From: Frankiales bacterium
GTDB lineage: Bacteria; Actinomycetota; Actinomycetes; Mycobacteriales; SCTD01
Direction: 5' to 3'
Assembly: GCA_043732645.1 (NCBI GenBank)
Contig: JAYTHM010000373.1
Span: forward strand, 1 to 31,693
DNA length: 31,693 bases
In this document: positions 13,387 to 23,817 of the stretch, one piece after another
Layout: the number at the start of each line of letters is the position of its first letter
Position numbering within the stretch: position 1 is the stretch's first letter
The notes under the pieces: model-generated
Told to the model about the DNA's origin: nothing
What the model saw: only the letters and a program-made list of their open reading frames with translations
Databases searched by the model: none
Position numbers and translations under genes: made by a program

Positions 13387-13432
13387 GCACGTCCCAGCTC
13401 CACCGGTACCGTGGTGGCCCAGGAGGATCACC

Positions 13433-14518
13433 ATGAGCGTGCAGTTCACGAGAAAGCCGAGCGACATCCTCGTCGACCCGGAAGCCCGCGCCGCGATTCT
13501 TGCCAACCCGGCGTTCGGCCGTGTCTTCACCGACCACATGGTCAGCGCCACGTGGACTGCGTCGCAGGGCTGGCACGACGCCCGGCTGCACGCCTACGGC
13601 CCGGTCAGTATCGACCCAGCCTCGGTGGTCTTGCACTACGGCCAGACGGTCTTCGAGGGCATGAAGGCCTACCGCCAGCCTGACGGCGGGGTCGCGCTGT
13701 TTCGACCGGAGCGCAACGCCGCCAGGATGGTCCGCAGCTCGCGTCGCCTGGCGCTGCCGGAGTTCCCCGAGGATTCCTTCGTCGAGGCCTGCGAGCTGCT
13801 CGTCCGGGCGGACTGCCAGTGGGTCCCCGACGGTGAGGGGGCGTCGCTGTACCTACGGCCGTTCGTCTGGGCCACCGAGGTCGGGCTGGGCGTGCGCCCG
13901 TCGGACAGCGCGCTCTTCCAGCTGATCGCATCCCCTGCCGGCAACTACTTCTCCGGTCCGCTGCGCCCGGTGTCGCTGTGGCTGTCGCAGGAGTACACCC
14001 GCTCTGCCCCGGGTGGCACCGGTGCTGCCAAGTGCGGTGGCAACTACGCCGCGTCGCTCGTGGCCCAGCAGGAGGCCATCGCCAATGGCTGCGACCAGGT
14101 GGTGTTCCTCGACGCCGGTGAACGCCGCTGGCTCGAGGAGCTGGGCGGGATGAACATCTTCCTCGTCCTTGACGACGGAACGCTCGTGACCCCGGAGCTG
14201 AGCGGCACGATCCTTGAGGGGATTACCCGCGACTCGATCATCACCCTGGCTCGTGAGATGGGGCACACGGTCGAGGAGCGCAGGGTCGACGTCGACGAGT
14301 GGCGCAAGGGCGCGGCCGACGGCACCGTCGTTGAGGTCTTTGCCTGCGGCACGGCGGCGGTCGTCACCCCCATCGGCGCGCTGCGGTGGCCGGGTGGTGA
14401 GGTGGTGGCCGGCACCGGCAAGCCGGGCAGCGTCACGATGGCGCTGAGGCAGGCCTTGCTCGACGTGCAGTACGGCCGGACGCCCGACACGCACGGCTGG
14501 ATGCGGCGCGTCCTGTAG
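13433..14518 (+). CDS. ilvE: branched-chain amino acid aminotransferase
   Basis: FGRVFTDHM, LHYGQTVFEGMKAY, LYLRPF, AKCGGNYA, EELGGMNIF, ILEGITRDS, FACGTAAVVTP; SD AGGAGG. Confidence 0.96.
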   Translation: MSVQFTRKPSDILVDPEARAAILANPAFGRVFTDHMVSATWTASQGWHDARLHAYGPVSIDPASVVLHYGQTVFEGMKAYRQPDGGVALFRPERNAARMVRSSRRLALPEFPEDSFVEACELLVRADCQWVPDGEGASLYLRPFVWATEVGLGVRPSDSALFQLIASPAGNYFSGPLRPVSLWLSQEYTRSAPGGTGAAKCGGNYAASLVAQQEAIANGCDQVVFLDAGERRWLEELGGMNIFLVLDDGTLVTPELSGTILEGITRDSIITLAREMGHTVEERRVDVDEWRKGAADGTVVEVFACGTAAVVTPIGALRWPGGEVVAGTGKPGSVTMALRQALLDVQYGRTPDTHGWMRRVL

Positions 14519-14585
14519 GACGACCGGCACGGTGGCTAGGCAAGCGCTCACCGCGGTCGTACCGTGCGCGCAAGGAGGTGCCGCC

Positions 14586-14978
14586 GTGCACGTACGTGAC
14601 GCGATGAGCCCGAAAGTCCTGACCATTGGCCCGGCCCACACTTTACGGCGGGCAGCCCAGCTGATGGCTGAGCGGCACGTAGGGGCCGCAGTGGTACTCG
14701 ACCCGGACGCCGACGGCCCGGGGATCCTCACCGAGCGCGACGTGCTGGAGTGCGTCGCCCGCGGGCAGAACCCCGACACCGAGCTGTGCGCCGACCATCT
14801 CACGCCCGATGCAGTGTCGGCCATGCCGGACTGGGACCTCGGCCAGGCCGCCGCCGCGATGGTCAACGGCCGCTTCCGGCACCTGGTCGTCTGTGAGGGT
14901 GGTCAGGTCATCGGCGTCTTGTCGGTCCGCGACCTGGTGCGCGTCTGCCTCGGCAGCGGCCAGCTCACGTCGGCGTGA
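14586..14978 (+). CDS. stand-alone CBS-pair (Bateman) domain protein
   Basis: VRDAMS...AAQLMAERHVGAAVV...GILTERDVL and AMVNGRFRHLVV...GVLSVRDLV; GTG 14586 after SD AAGGAGG. Confidence 0.9.
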   Translation: MHVRDAMSPKVLTIGPAHTLRRAAQLMAERHVGAAVVLDPDADGPGILTERDVLECVARGQNPDTELCADHLTPDAVSAMPDWDLGQAAAAMVNGRFRHLVVCEGGQVIGVLSVRDLVRVCLGSGQLTSA

Positions 14979-15044
14979 TCGAGGCCTAAGGCTGGACCTG
15001 GGTCAGGTGGCGGGACGGTAGGCGGCGAGGCGGTAAGCTCGCAG

Positions 15045-15086
15045 GTGACGGTGTCTGTTGTGATTATCGCCAGGCGCGGCCGCTGA
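15045..15086 (+). CDS. cimA leader peptide MTVSVVIIARRGR
   Basis: 13-aa ORF with 3 internal Val and 2 Ile codons (gtg tct gtt gtg att atc); -10 TAAGCT at 15034-15039 lies just upstream of the GTG. Confidence 0.8.
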   Translation: MTVSVVIIARRGR

Positions 15087-15142
15087 CCGAGATCAGCTGA
15101 CGCGCCACCCCTTCGTGCCCACGGGACGGAGGGGTTTTTGTT
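15073..15142 (+). promoter_or_regulatory. transcription attenuator of cimA (hairpin plus intrinsic terminator)
   Basis: Hairpin GGCGCG..GCTGA / TCAGC..CGCGCC (15073-15106). Then stem ACCCCTTCGT(G)CCC / GGGACGGAGGGGT and TTTTGTT. Confidence 0.85.
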
Positions 15143-15185
15143 GCCTACAAGAGACTTTGCCTTCAAAGGACACTGTGGAGAGAGC

Positions 15186-16766
15186 ATGAGCACGCCCACC
15201 GACGCCTTCCACGTTTATGACACGACCCTGCGTGACGGCAGCCAGCGCGAAGGGCTCTCGCTGTCGGTCAACGACAAGCTGACGATCGCGCGGCACCTCG
15301 ACGACCTGGGTGTGGGGTTCATCGAGGGCGGCTGGCCCGGGGCCAACCCGAAGGACGCGGAGTTCTTCTGGCGGGCGCGCACCGAACTGCAGTTGCAGAC
15401 TGCGCAGCTCGCGGCGTTCGGGTCGACCCGCAAACCCGGGGGGGTGACGGCGGACGACGTGGCGCACCTGCGCGAGTCCGGGGCGCCGATCGCGACCCTC
15501 GTTGCCAAGAGCGACGTGCGGCACGTCGAGCGAGCGCTGCGCACGACCCGCGAGGAGAACCTCGCGATGGTCCGTGACTCCGTGGCCCACCTGACCGCTG
15601 AGGGTCAGCGGGTCTTCCTCGACGCGGAGCATTTCTTCGACGGCTACGTCGCCGATCCGGCGTACGCGCTGGAGGTGCTGCGGGTTGCGGCCGAGGCGGG
15701 CGCGGCGGTGCTCGTGCTGTGCGACACCAACGGCGGCATGCTCCCGAGCCGGCTGCAGGACATCGTCGGCGCGGTTGTCGGCGAAGGACTGCGCGTCGGG
15801 ATCCACGCCCACAACGACGTGGCCTGCGCGGTCGCCAACTCGCTCACCGCCATCGAGGTCGGTGCTACCCACGTGCAAGGCACCGCCAACGGGTACGGCG
15901 AGCGGTGCGGCAACGCCGACCTGTTCAGCGTCGTTGCCGCGCTCGAGACCAAGCTCGGCCGGCAGGTGCTGCCGACCGGGCGGCTGGCCGAGCTCGGCCG
16001 GGTCGCGCACGCCGTCGCGGAGGTCGCGAACATCGCGCCCGACGCGCACCAGCCGTGGGTGGGGGGCAGTGCCTTCGCGCACAAGGCGGGGCTGCACGTC
16101 AGCGCCATCAGGGCCGACCCCGACCTCTACCAGCACGCCGACCCCGGGGTCGTCGGCAACGACATCCGGCTGCTCATCTCCGAGCTGGCCGGGCGGGCGA
16201 CCATCGAGCTTAAGGGCAAGGCGCTCGGCCTCGACCCGGATGGCCCCACCGTGCTGCGCGTCCTTGACCGGGTCAAGCTCCTTGAGTCCGTCGGCTACAG
16301 CTTCGAGGCAGCGGAGGCGTCCTTCGAGCTGCTGCTGCGGGCCGAGATGGGCCAGCGGCCGCGCTTTTTCGACCTGGAGAGCTGGCGTGTGATCGTCGAG
16401 CACCGCGACGACAAGGTCGTGAGTGAGGCGACGGTGAAGCTCCACGCACAGGGCGCCCGGATCATCGCGACCGGCGAAGGCAACGGCCCGGTCAACGCCC
16501 TCGACAACGCGCTGCGGCAGGGCCTGCTGGAGCTTTACCCGGCGCTCGCCGGCTTCGACCTGGTCGACTACAAGGTGCGCATCGTGAGCGGAGCCCACGG
16601 CACCGACGCCGTCACGCGCGTCCTGGTCGAGACCTCCGACGGTACGACGGAGTGGAGCACCGTCGGGGTCCACGAGAACGTGATCGAAGCCTCCTGGCAA
16701 GCCCTCGAGCAGGCCTACACCTCGGGCCTGTTGAGGCACTCGAGCCAGGGGGCCACAACCTCCTGA
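15186..16766 (+). CDS. cimA: citramalate synthase (LeuA-related)
   Basis: YDTTLRDGSQREG, FIEGGWPGANPKD, FLDAEHFFDGY, LCDTNGG, HAHND, NGYGERCGNADL, SAFAHKAGLHVSA, GEGNGPVNALD, DYKVRI. ATG 15186 follows SD GGAG. Confidence 0.93.
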   Translation: MSTPTDAFHVYDTTLRDGSQREGLSLSVNDKLTIARHLDDLGVGFIEGGWPGANPKDAEFFWRARTELQLQTAQLAAFGSTRKPGGVTADDVAHLRESGAPIATLVAKSDVRHVERALRTTREENLAMVRDSVAHLTAEGQRVFLDAEHFFDGYVADPAYALEVLRVAAEAGAAVLVLCDTNGGMLPSRLQDIVGAVVGEGLRVGIHAHNDVACAVANSLTAIEVGATHVQGTANGYGERCGNADLFSVVAALETKLGRQVLPTGRLAELGRVAHAVAEVANIAPDAHQPWVGGSAFAHKAGLHVSAIRADPDLYQHADPGVVGNDIRLLISELAGRATIELKGKALGLDPDGPTVLRVLDRVKLLESVGYSFEAAEASFELLLRAEMGQRPRFFDLESWRVIVEHRDDKVVSEATVKLHAQGARIIATGEGNGPVNALDNALRQGLLELYPALAGFDLVDYKVRIVSGAHGTDAVTRVLVETSDGTTEWSTVGVHENVIEASWQALEQAYTSGLLRHSSQGATTS

Positions 16767-16894
16767 GCCCTCGCGGCGGGTCCGGCCGGGAGCGAACGAC
16801 GAACGCAGGGGCTCGCAGGTCGGGGACCGGCTGGAGCTGGCCGACAACGACCCGCGTCGGTCCCGGGCTTGCGGGAGGGCCTACCGTCCGCGAG

Positions 16895-17647
16895 GTGACC
16901 CCCGGTGCCGCGCTGCTCGTCAGCACGGCCGGGTTCGTCGCGGGTGCGGTGAACGCGCTCGCCGGGGGTGGGACGCTCGTCGCGTTCCCCGTCCTGCTCG
17001 CCGTCGGTGTCCCGCCGGTGACGGCCAACACGACCTGCTCGGTGGGCCTGCTCACCGGCTATGCCGGGGGATCGGTGGCCTACCGCCGGGAGCTCGTCGG
17101 TCAGGGCCCGCGCGCTCGCGGGCTCGTGATCGCGGGGCTGCTCGGCGGCCTGGTCGGGGCGGTGCTGCTGCTCCTCACCCCGGGTGACGGGTTCCGGGCC
17201 TTCGTGCCCTACCTGGTGCTGCTGGCCTGCCTGCTGCTGACCGTCCAGCCCCTGGTCGCTGCTCTCCTCGCCGACCGCGGGGTCGCGGCCGTTCACCCGG
17301 GCTGGCAGGCGCAGGTCGCCATCGGGGTCGGGGCCGTCTACGGCTCCTACTTCGGCGCCGGCCTCGGCGTCGTCATGCTCGCGGTGCTGGGGATCCTGGT
17401 GTCCGACGGGCTGCAACGGCTGAACGCCCTCAAAGGCCTGCTGTCGCTGGTCATCAACCTGGTCGGGGCCCTGGTGTATGTGATCGCCGGTCGGGTCGAC
17501 TGGCTCGCCGCGGGGCTGTTGGCCGTGGGTGCGGTCGTCGGGGCGACAGCCGGGGTGGGCCTGGCCCGGCGGCTCCCTGCCGAGGTGGTCCGGGTCGGGA
17601 TCGTCGTGACCGGTGTGATCGTCGGTGTCGTCCTGCTCTCCACCTGA
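16895..17647 (+). CDS. TSUP family (TauE/SafE) membrane transporter
   Basis: AGFVAGAVNALAGGGTLVAFP, YGSYFGAGLG, NALKGLL; multiple TM segments. -10 TACCGT is 7 nt before the GTG. Confidence 0.9.
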   Translation: MTPGAALLVSTAGFVAGAVNALAGGGTLVAFPVLLAVGVPPVTANTTCSVGLLTGYAGGSVAYRRELVGQGPRARGLVIAGLLGGLVGAVLLLLTPGDGFRAFVPYLVLLACLLLTVQPLVAALLADRGVAAVHPGWQAQVAIGVGAVYGSYFGAGLGVVMLAVLGILVSDGLQRLNALKGLLSLVINLVGALVYVIAGRVDWLAAGLLAVGAVVGATAGVGLARRLPAEVVRVGIVVTGVIVGVVLLST

Positions 17648-17839
17648 CCCGATCCCCGCCCTCCCGTACGACTTCTGCACCAAACCCGCTCGGTGCATCT
17701 GGTGCAGATGTCAGTCAGGGCACCAGCCTGCCGGCCGGGGTGGTCGCCGTCGTCACCCTCCTTCTGCGCGGCTGACCGGGCCAGTCGGGGTGTCGCCGGT
17801 AGCCTCGGGTCACCCCGTTAAAGGAAAGGCACCAGCACC

Positions 17840-18633
17840 GTGCGCATCGCCCGCTACGCAGCGCCCTCCGCCACCGGCGGGGCGGCGGAGGTCTCCTTCG
17901 GTGTCGTCGAGGGGGATGGCAACGACCCCTCGAGCCTGGAGGTCGCCGAGGTCGCGGGACACCCCTTCGCGCCGCTGGTCTTCACCGGCGTGCGGCACCC
18001 CTTGACGTCGGTGCGGCTGCTGGCTCCGGTCCTGCCGAGCAAGGTTGTGTGCATCGGCAAGAACTATGCCGACCACATCGCCGAGATGGGCGGTCCGGTA
18101 CCCGAGAGCCCCGTGGTGTTCCTCAAGCCGTCGACGTCGGTAATCGGCCCGGGCGACCCGATCGTGCTGCCCCGCAACAGCACCCACGTCGACCACGAGG
18201 CCGAGTTGGGCATCGTCATCGGCCGGCTGTGCCGTGACGTCCCTGCAGCCAAGGCGCTCGAGGTGGTCCTCGGCTACACCTGCGGCAACGACGTGACGGC
18301 CCGCGACCACCAGAAGGCCGACGGCCAGTGGACCCGTGGCAAGAGCCACGACACCTTCTGCCCGCTCGGGCCGTGGGTCGAGACCGACCTCGACGTCAGT
18401 GATGTCGCCGTGCAGTGCGCCGTCGACGGCGAGGTCCGCCAGGACGGCCGTACCGCGCAGCTGATCCACGACGTCCCCGCGATCATCGAGTGGGTGACCG
18501 CCTTCATGACGCTGCTGCCCGGCGACGTCATCCTCACCGGCACTCCCGCCGGCGTAGGCCCGCTGGTCCCCGGCAACGCTGTCACCGTCCTGGTCGAGGG
18601 CATCGGCCCGCTGACCAACCCGGTCGTGAAGCG

Positions 18634-18637
<4 letters not shown>
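17840..18637 (+). CDS. fumarylacetoacetate hydrolase family protein (Rv2993c-like)
   Basis: KVVCIGKNYADH, FLKP, DHEAELG, GNDVTARD, GKSHDTFCPLGP, LLPGDVILTGTPAGVG; conserved position before gltX. Confidence 0.93.
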
Positions 18638-20073
<1,436 letters not shown>

Positions 20074-20172
20074 GCTGGTGCCCACGGCAGCCTGACGCCC
20101 GCGTGACGTCCGCTTCACAGTGGTCACCGAAAGCCGGTGCCGACGTCCGCTAGCATCATTGCCGCAACACCA

Positions 20173-20244
20173 TGGGGTATGGGGTAATTGGCAGCCCGGC
20201 GGTTTCTGGTTCCGTTAGTCTTGGTTCGAGTCCAGGTACCCCAG
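20173..20244 (+). tRNA. tRNA-Gln (anticodon CTG)
   Basis: Acceptor TGGGGTA/TACCCCA (U1-A72), anticodon loop TT-CTG-GT at 20204-20210, T-loop TTCGAGT; CCA not encoded. Confidence 0.95.
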
Positions 20245-20307
20245 CTCGACCACTGAGTAGTGCCACAACTGCCGAAGTCACAACTGAACAGCATGAAGAA
20301 AGTCCCG

Positions 20308-20383
20308 GCCCCCGTCGTCTAGCGGCCTAGGACGCCGCCCTCTCACGGCGGTAGCGGCGGTTCGAATCCGCTCGGGGGTACCA
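20308..20383 (+). tRNA. tRNA-Glu (anticodon CTC)
   Basis: GCCCCCG/CGGGGGT acceptor, CCGCC-CT-CTC-AC-GGCGG anticodon arm, GGTTCGAATCC, encoded CCA. Confidence 0.97.
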
Positions 20384-20386
20384 AGA

Positions 20387-20420
20387 GCACTCCGCCCGGC
20401 CCTGGTGATTGGGCGGGTGC
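20387..20420. terminator. GC-rich hairpin, probable bidirectional terminator
   Basis: GCAC(T)CCGCCC / GGGCGGGTGC between the tRNA operon and the convergent small ORF; no U-tract, as is common in actinobacteria. Confidence 0.6.
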
Positions 20421-20428
20421 CTGCTGGC

Positions 20429-20596
20429 TCACACCGCGCGCAGGAGGGACCTGGCGACGAAACGGACGAAGCCGTCCGAGCGGGTGGGGTACGAGCAGCG
20501 GCCGGAGCCGGTCAGCAGCAGGATGACCGGCACACGCGCGACCTCGCCCCTGGCCGGCCAGCCGTCGGCTTCCTGGCGGGGGAGCGGGATGGTCAT
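20429..20596 (-). CDS. unannotated 55-aa small protein
   Basis: MTIPLPRQEADGWPARGEVARVPVILLLTGSGRCSYPTRSDGFVRFVARSLLRAV; 51 of 54 codons after the ATG end in G/C; starts 27 nt after the IclR stop. Confidence 0.55.
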   Translation of the reverse strand: MTIPLPRQEADGWPARGEVARVPVILLLTGSGRCSYPTRSDGFVRFVARSLLRAV

Positions 20597-20623
20597 CGGC
20601 GCGCGTTGACGTACCCGGCCTGG

Positions 20624-21370
20624 CTACCGGAGACCGTCCGTCAGCTGCGTCTGCTCGCGCCCGGACACAAGCGGCATTTCGGGCCGCGGCTCTCCGGCGC
20701 TCGAGAGCTCCTTGGCGGCGGCCAGGACGGCTGCGGCGTGCAGTCGGCCCGGCTGCCGCGTCAGACGTTCCAGGGGACCGGACACGCTGACCGCGGCTAC
20801 GAGGCGGCCGTCCGCGCCGAAGACCGGAGCGGACACCGAGGCGACGCCCTGTTCGCGTTCGGCGACCGAGTGCGCCCAGCCCCGTCGCCGTACCTCTGCC
20901 AGGACTCGGTCGGTGAAGGCGGCCCCCTCGGGAACGCCCCCGCTTCCGAAGGCGAGGAGCACCTGCGCCGCTGAGCCGGCGGTCATCGGTAGGGCCGCGC
21001 CCACCGGCACGGTGTCGCGCAGGCCGCTGCCGAGATCGGCAGCAGCCACGCAGATCCGGTGCTCGCCCTCGCGCCAGTACAGCTGAGCGCTCTCGCCGGT
21101 GAGGTCGCGGAGCCGGGAGAGGACAGGTGCCGCGTGCTCGAGCAGCAGGTCCGAGCCGAGGGTCGACAGGCGCGGCCCGGGGCGCCAGCGGCCGTCGCCC
21201 TCGCGGGCCAGGAAGCGATGCACCTCCAGAGCGACGGCCAGCCGGTGGGTGGTCGCCCGCGACAGCCCGGTCCGTTCGGTGAGGGCGGCGAGGGAGTGCG
21301 CGCCTGCCTGCACCGCATCCAGGACGAGAACGGCTTTGTCGAGGACGCCAACTCCGCTAGTCTGTTCCAC
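20624..21370 (-). CDS. ndgR: IclR-family regulator, NdgR/LtbR-like
   Basis: N-terminus (M)[79 protein letters not shown]; divergent from leuC. Start GTG 21370 is inferred from homolog length. Confidence 0.9.
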   Translation of the reverse strand: MEQTSGVGVLDKAVLVLDAVQAGAHSLAALTERTGLSRATTHRLAVALEVHRFLAREGDGRWRPGPRLSTLGSDLLLEHAAPVLSRLRDLTGESAQLYWREGEHRICVAAADLGSGLRDTVPVGAALPMTAGSAAQVLLAFGSGGVPEGAAFTDRVLAEVRRRGWAHSVAEREQGVASVSAPVFGADGRLVAAVSVSGPLERLTRQPGRLHAAAVLAAAKELSSAGEPRPEMPLVSGREQTQLTDGLR

Positions 21371-21400
21371 ATACCGATACAATCATCTCAACATATGAGA
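21365..21400. promoter_or_regulatory. candidate IclR tandem operator in the ndgR-leuC intergenic region
   Basis: Palindrome TCTCA-ACATA-TGAGA (21386-21400) and a degenerate TTCCACATACCGATA 21 bp upstream, overlapping the IclR start. A -10 TACAAT at 21378-21383 bridges the two sites. Confidence 0.72.
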
Positions 21401-21421
21401 ATGCAAACGAGGGAGCAGATG

Positions 21422-22846
21422 ATGGGCCGCACGCTCGCCGAGAAGGTCTGGGACGACCACGTCGTACGACGGGCGGAGGGCGAGCCGGACCTGCTCTACA
21501 TCGACCTGCACCTGGTGCACGAGGTCACGAGCCCGCAGGCCTTCGACGGGCTGCGCCTGACCGGACGGCCGGTCCGTCGGGCCGACCTGACCCTTGCGAC
21601 CGAGGACCACAACGTCCCCACGGACCTGCTCCAGGGCCCGATCGCGGACCCGGTCAGCCGGGTGCAGGTCGAGACCCTGCGCAAGAACTGCGCCGAGTTT
21701 GGGGTGCGTCTCTACCCGATGGGTGATGCGAGCCAGGGGATCGTCCACGTGATCGGCCCTCAGCTCGGGATCACCCAGCCGGGCATGACAATCGTGTGCG
21801 GCGACAGCCACACGTCCACGCACGGCGCGTTCGGGGCGCTGGCGTTCGGTATCGGTACCAGCGAGGTCGAGCACGTTCTGGCGACGCAGACCCTCCCGCT
21901 TCCCCGGCCGAAGACAATGGCCGTGACGGTCGAGGGTGCACTGCCCGAGGGCACCACCGCCAAGGACCTCGTGCTCGCCCTCATCGCACAGGTCGGGACC
22001 GGCGGAGGCCAGGGCTATGTCGTGGAGTACCGCGGCGAGGCGATCGCGGGCCTGTCGATGGAGGCCCGCATGACGGTCTGCAACATGAGTATCGAGTGGG
22101 GTGCCCGCGCCGGCATGATCGCGCCCGACCAGACCACCTACGACTACCTGCGAGGCCGCGACCACGCGCCATCCGGGGCCGACTGGTCCGCGGCCGTTGC
22201 TGCCTGGGACGCGCTCGTCACCGACCAGGACGCCGTCTTCGACAAGGAGGTCGTGTTCGACGCGAGCGCCATCACGCCGTTCGTCACCTGGGGTACCAAC
22301 CCGGCGCAGGGATCCGCGCTGGCCGATGTCGTTCCTGACCCTCAGGCTCTGCCGGAGGGCAACGCCCGCGACGCGGCCGAGCGGGCCCTCGCCTACATGG
22401 GCCTGACCGCGGGCACTCCGCTGCGGGACATCGCGGTCGACACCGTCTTCCTCGGTTCGTGCACCAACGGCCGCATGGAGGACCTGCGCGCTGCTGCCAC
22501 GATTCTGCAGGGCCGCCAGGTGGCACCCGGGGTGCGGATGCTCGTCGTGCCCGGCTCGATGGCGGTGAAGCTCCAGGCGGAGAAGGAGGGGCTGGACGCC
22601 GTCTTCACCGCCGCCGGCGCAGAGTGGCGCAGCGCCGGGTGCTCGATGTGCCTGGGCATGAACCCCGACACCCTCAAGCCCGGGGAGCGCAGCGCCTCCA
22701 CTAGCAACCGCAACTTCGAGGGCCGTCAGGGCCGCGGTGGTCGCACCCACCTCGTGTCCCCCCAGGTGGCCGCGGCGACCGCCGTGGTCGGCCGACTCGC
22801 AGCACCCTCCGACCTGACCAACGACAGCACCGAGAGCGGGCACTGA
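21422..22846 (+). CDS. leuC: 3-isopropylmalate dehydratase large subunit
   Basis: [71 protein letters not shown]; ATG at 21419 or 21422. Confidence 0.97.
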   Translation: MGRTLAEKVWDDHVVRRAEGEPDLLYIDLHLVHEVTSPQAFDGLRLTGRPVRRADLTLATEDHNVPTDLLQGPIADPVSRVQVETLRKNCAEFGVRLYPMGDASQGIVHVIGPQLGITQPGMTIVCGDSHTSTHGAFGALAFGIGTSEVEHVLATQTLPLPRPKTMAVTVEGALPEGTTAKDLVLALIAQVGTGGGQGYVVEYRGEAIAGLSMEARMTVCNMSIEWGARAGMIAPDQTTYDYLRGRDHAPSGADWSAAVAAWDALVTDQDAVFDKEVVFDASAITPFVTWGTNPAQGSALADVVPDPQALPEGNARDAAERALAYMGLTAGTPLRDIAVDTVFLGSCTNGRMEDLRAAATILQGRQVAPGVRMLVVPGSMAVKLQAEKEGLDAVFTAAGAEWRSAGCSMCLGMNPDTLKPGERSASTSNRNFEGRQGRGGRTHLVSPQVAAATAVVGRLAAPSDLTNDSTESGH

Positions 22847-23439
22847 TGGACCCCTTCGTCAGCCATACCGGCACGGCTGTCGGCCTGCGCCGCAGCGACG
22901 TCGACACCGACCAGATCATCCCGAGCGACTGGCTCAAGCGGGTCGAGCGGACCGGCTTCGGAGCGGGCCTGTTCAGCGAGTGGCGCGAGGACCCGTCGTT
23001 CGTGCTGAACGCGCCGGAGCGCCGGGGCGCGAGCATCCTGGTGGCCGGGGAGAACTTCGGCACCGGTTCCTCGCGTGAGCACGCGGTCTGGGCTCTGACG
23101 GACTATGGCTTCAAGGCCGTGATCAGCCCGCGCTTCGCTGACATCTTCCGAGGCAACAGCCTCAAGGGGGGTCTGCTCCCGGTGCAGCTTCCTGCGGATG
23201 TCGTCGCCACCCTGATGGACCTGGTTGAGAACGACCCGACAGTCCTCATCACCGTCGACCTCGAGGCTCGTGAGGTGCGGGCCGGCACCGTCGTGGAGAG
23301 CTTCGAGCTCGACGACTTCACCCGTTGGCGCCTCATGGAAGGCTTCGACGACATCGGCCTGACCCTGCGACACGGCGACGACATCGCCTCCTATGAGGAA
23401 AAAAGACCTCGTTGGAAGCCTGCTGCTCGAGCGCTCTGA
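22846..23439 (+). CDS. leuD: 3-isopropylmalate dehydratase small subunit
   Basis: [41 protein letters not shown]; TGATG overlap with leuC. Confidence 0.97.
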   Translation: MDPFVSHTGTAVGLRRSDVDTDQIIPSDWLKRVERTGFGAGLFSEWREDPSFVLNAPERRGASILVAGENFGTGSSREHAVWALTDYGFKAVISPRFADIFRGNSLKGGLLPVQLPADVVATLMDLVENDPTVLITVDLEAREVRAGTVVESFELDDFTRWRLMEGFDDIGLTLRHGDDIASYEEKRPRWKPAARAL

Positions 23440-23458
23440 CGGGTGCGACGATGAGCGG

Positions 23459-23683
23459 GTGGATGATGCCGAGCTGTTCACCGACCTGTCCGTCCGGCTA
23501 CGTGACGCCCACCGTCGGGTGGCGTCGCTCGGGGCTTGTGAGACCGAAAAAGCCCGTGTCCTAAGGCATTTGATCGCGATCACTGATGCGGCAAAGCACG
23601 ACCTGAGCCGGTCCTCCGAACGCCTCGACGCGTTCCTCAGTGACCTCGACCGTGGCTGGAGACCGGAGCCACGGGACGACTGA
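23459..23683 (+). CDS. small conserved actinobacterial helical protein (similar to the one between leuD and hupS in Streptomyces)
   Basis: MDDAELFTDLSVRLRDAHRRVASL...RHLIAITDAAKHDLSRSSERLDAFLSDLD; the AKHD motif and syntenic position are recalled from homologs; GTG 23459. Confidence 0.7.
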   Translation: MDDAELFTDLSVRLRDAHRRVASLGACETEKARVLRHLIAITDAAKHDLSRSSERLDAFLSDLDRGWRPEPRDD

Positions 23684-23684
23684 C

Positions 23685-23704
23685 TGTCGGCTTTCCGGCC
23701 GACA
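23685..23704 (+). terminator. hairpin after leuCD-ORF
   Basis: TGTCGGC / GCCGACA 7-bp stem with a 6-nt loop immediately after the stop. Confidence 0.45.
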
Positions 23705-23817
23705 AGCGTTGCGACACAAGGAAAGTTACCCCTTTCGGTGTTCGACGTGAGCGCATGTGCCCCTTACCGTTGTCACCTAGGGGCAGAGTGCCTCATCAGT
23801 CCTTGGAGGTATTTGCT

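Noticed and set aside
16767-16894. Hairpins after cimA (GAGCCC/GGGCTC, GGGACCG/CGGTCCC) as a REP or ncRNA
   Set aside because: Single occurrence with large loops; best explained as a terminator-like structure in GC-rich DNA.
17675-17710. Nested inverted repeats CTGCACCA/TGGTGCAG and CATCTG/CAGATG after the TSUP gene
   Set aside because: Could be a weak terminator or operator, but there is no second instance in the window to support a motif.
20245-20430. tRNA 3' end as an integration site; CACAACTG direct repeat (20264/20279) in the tRNA spacer
   Set aside because: No integrase and no duplicated tRNA 3' end in the window; the short AC-rich repeat is ordinary spacer sequence.
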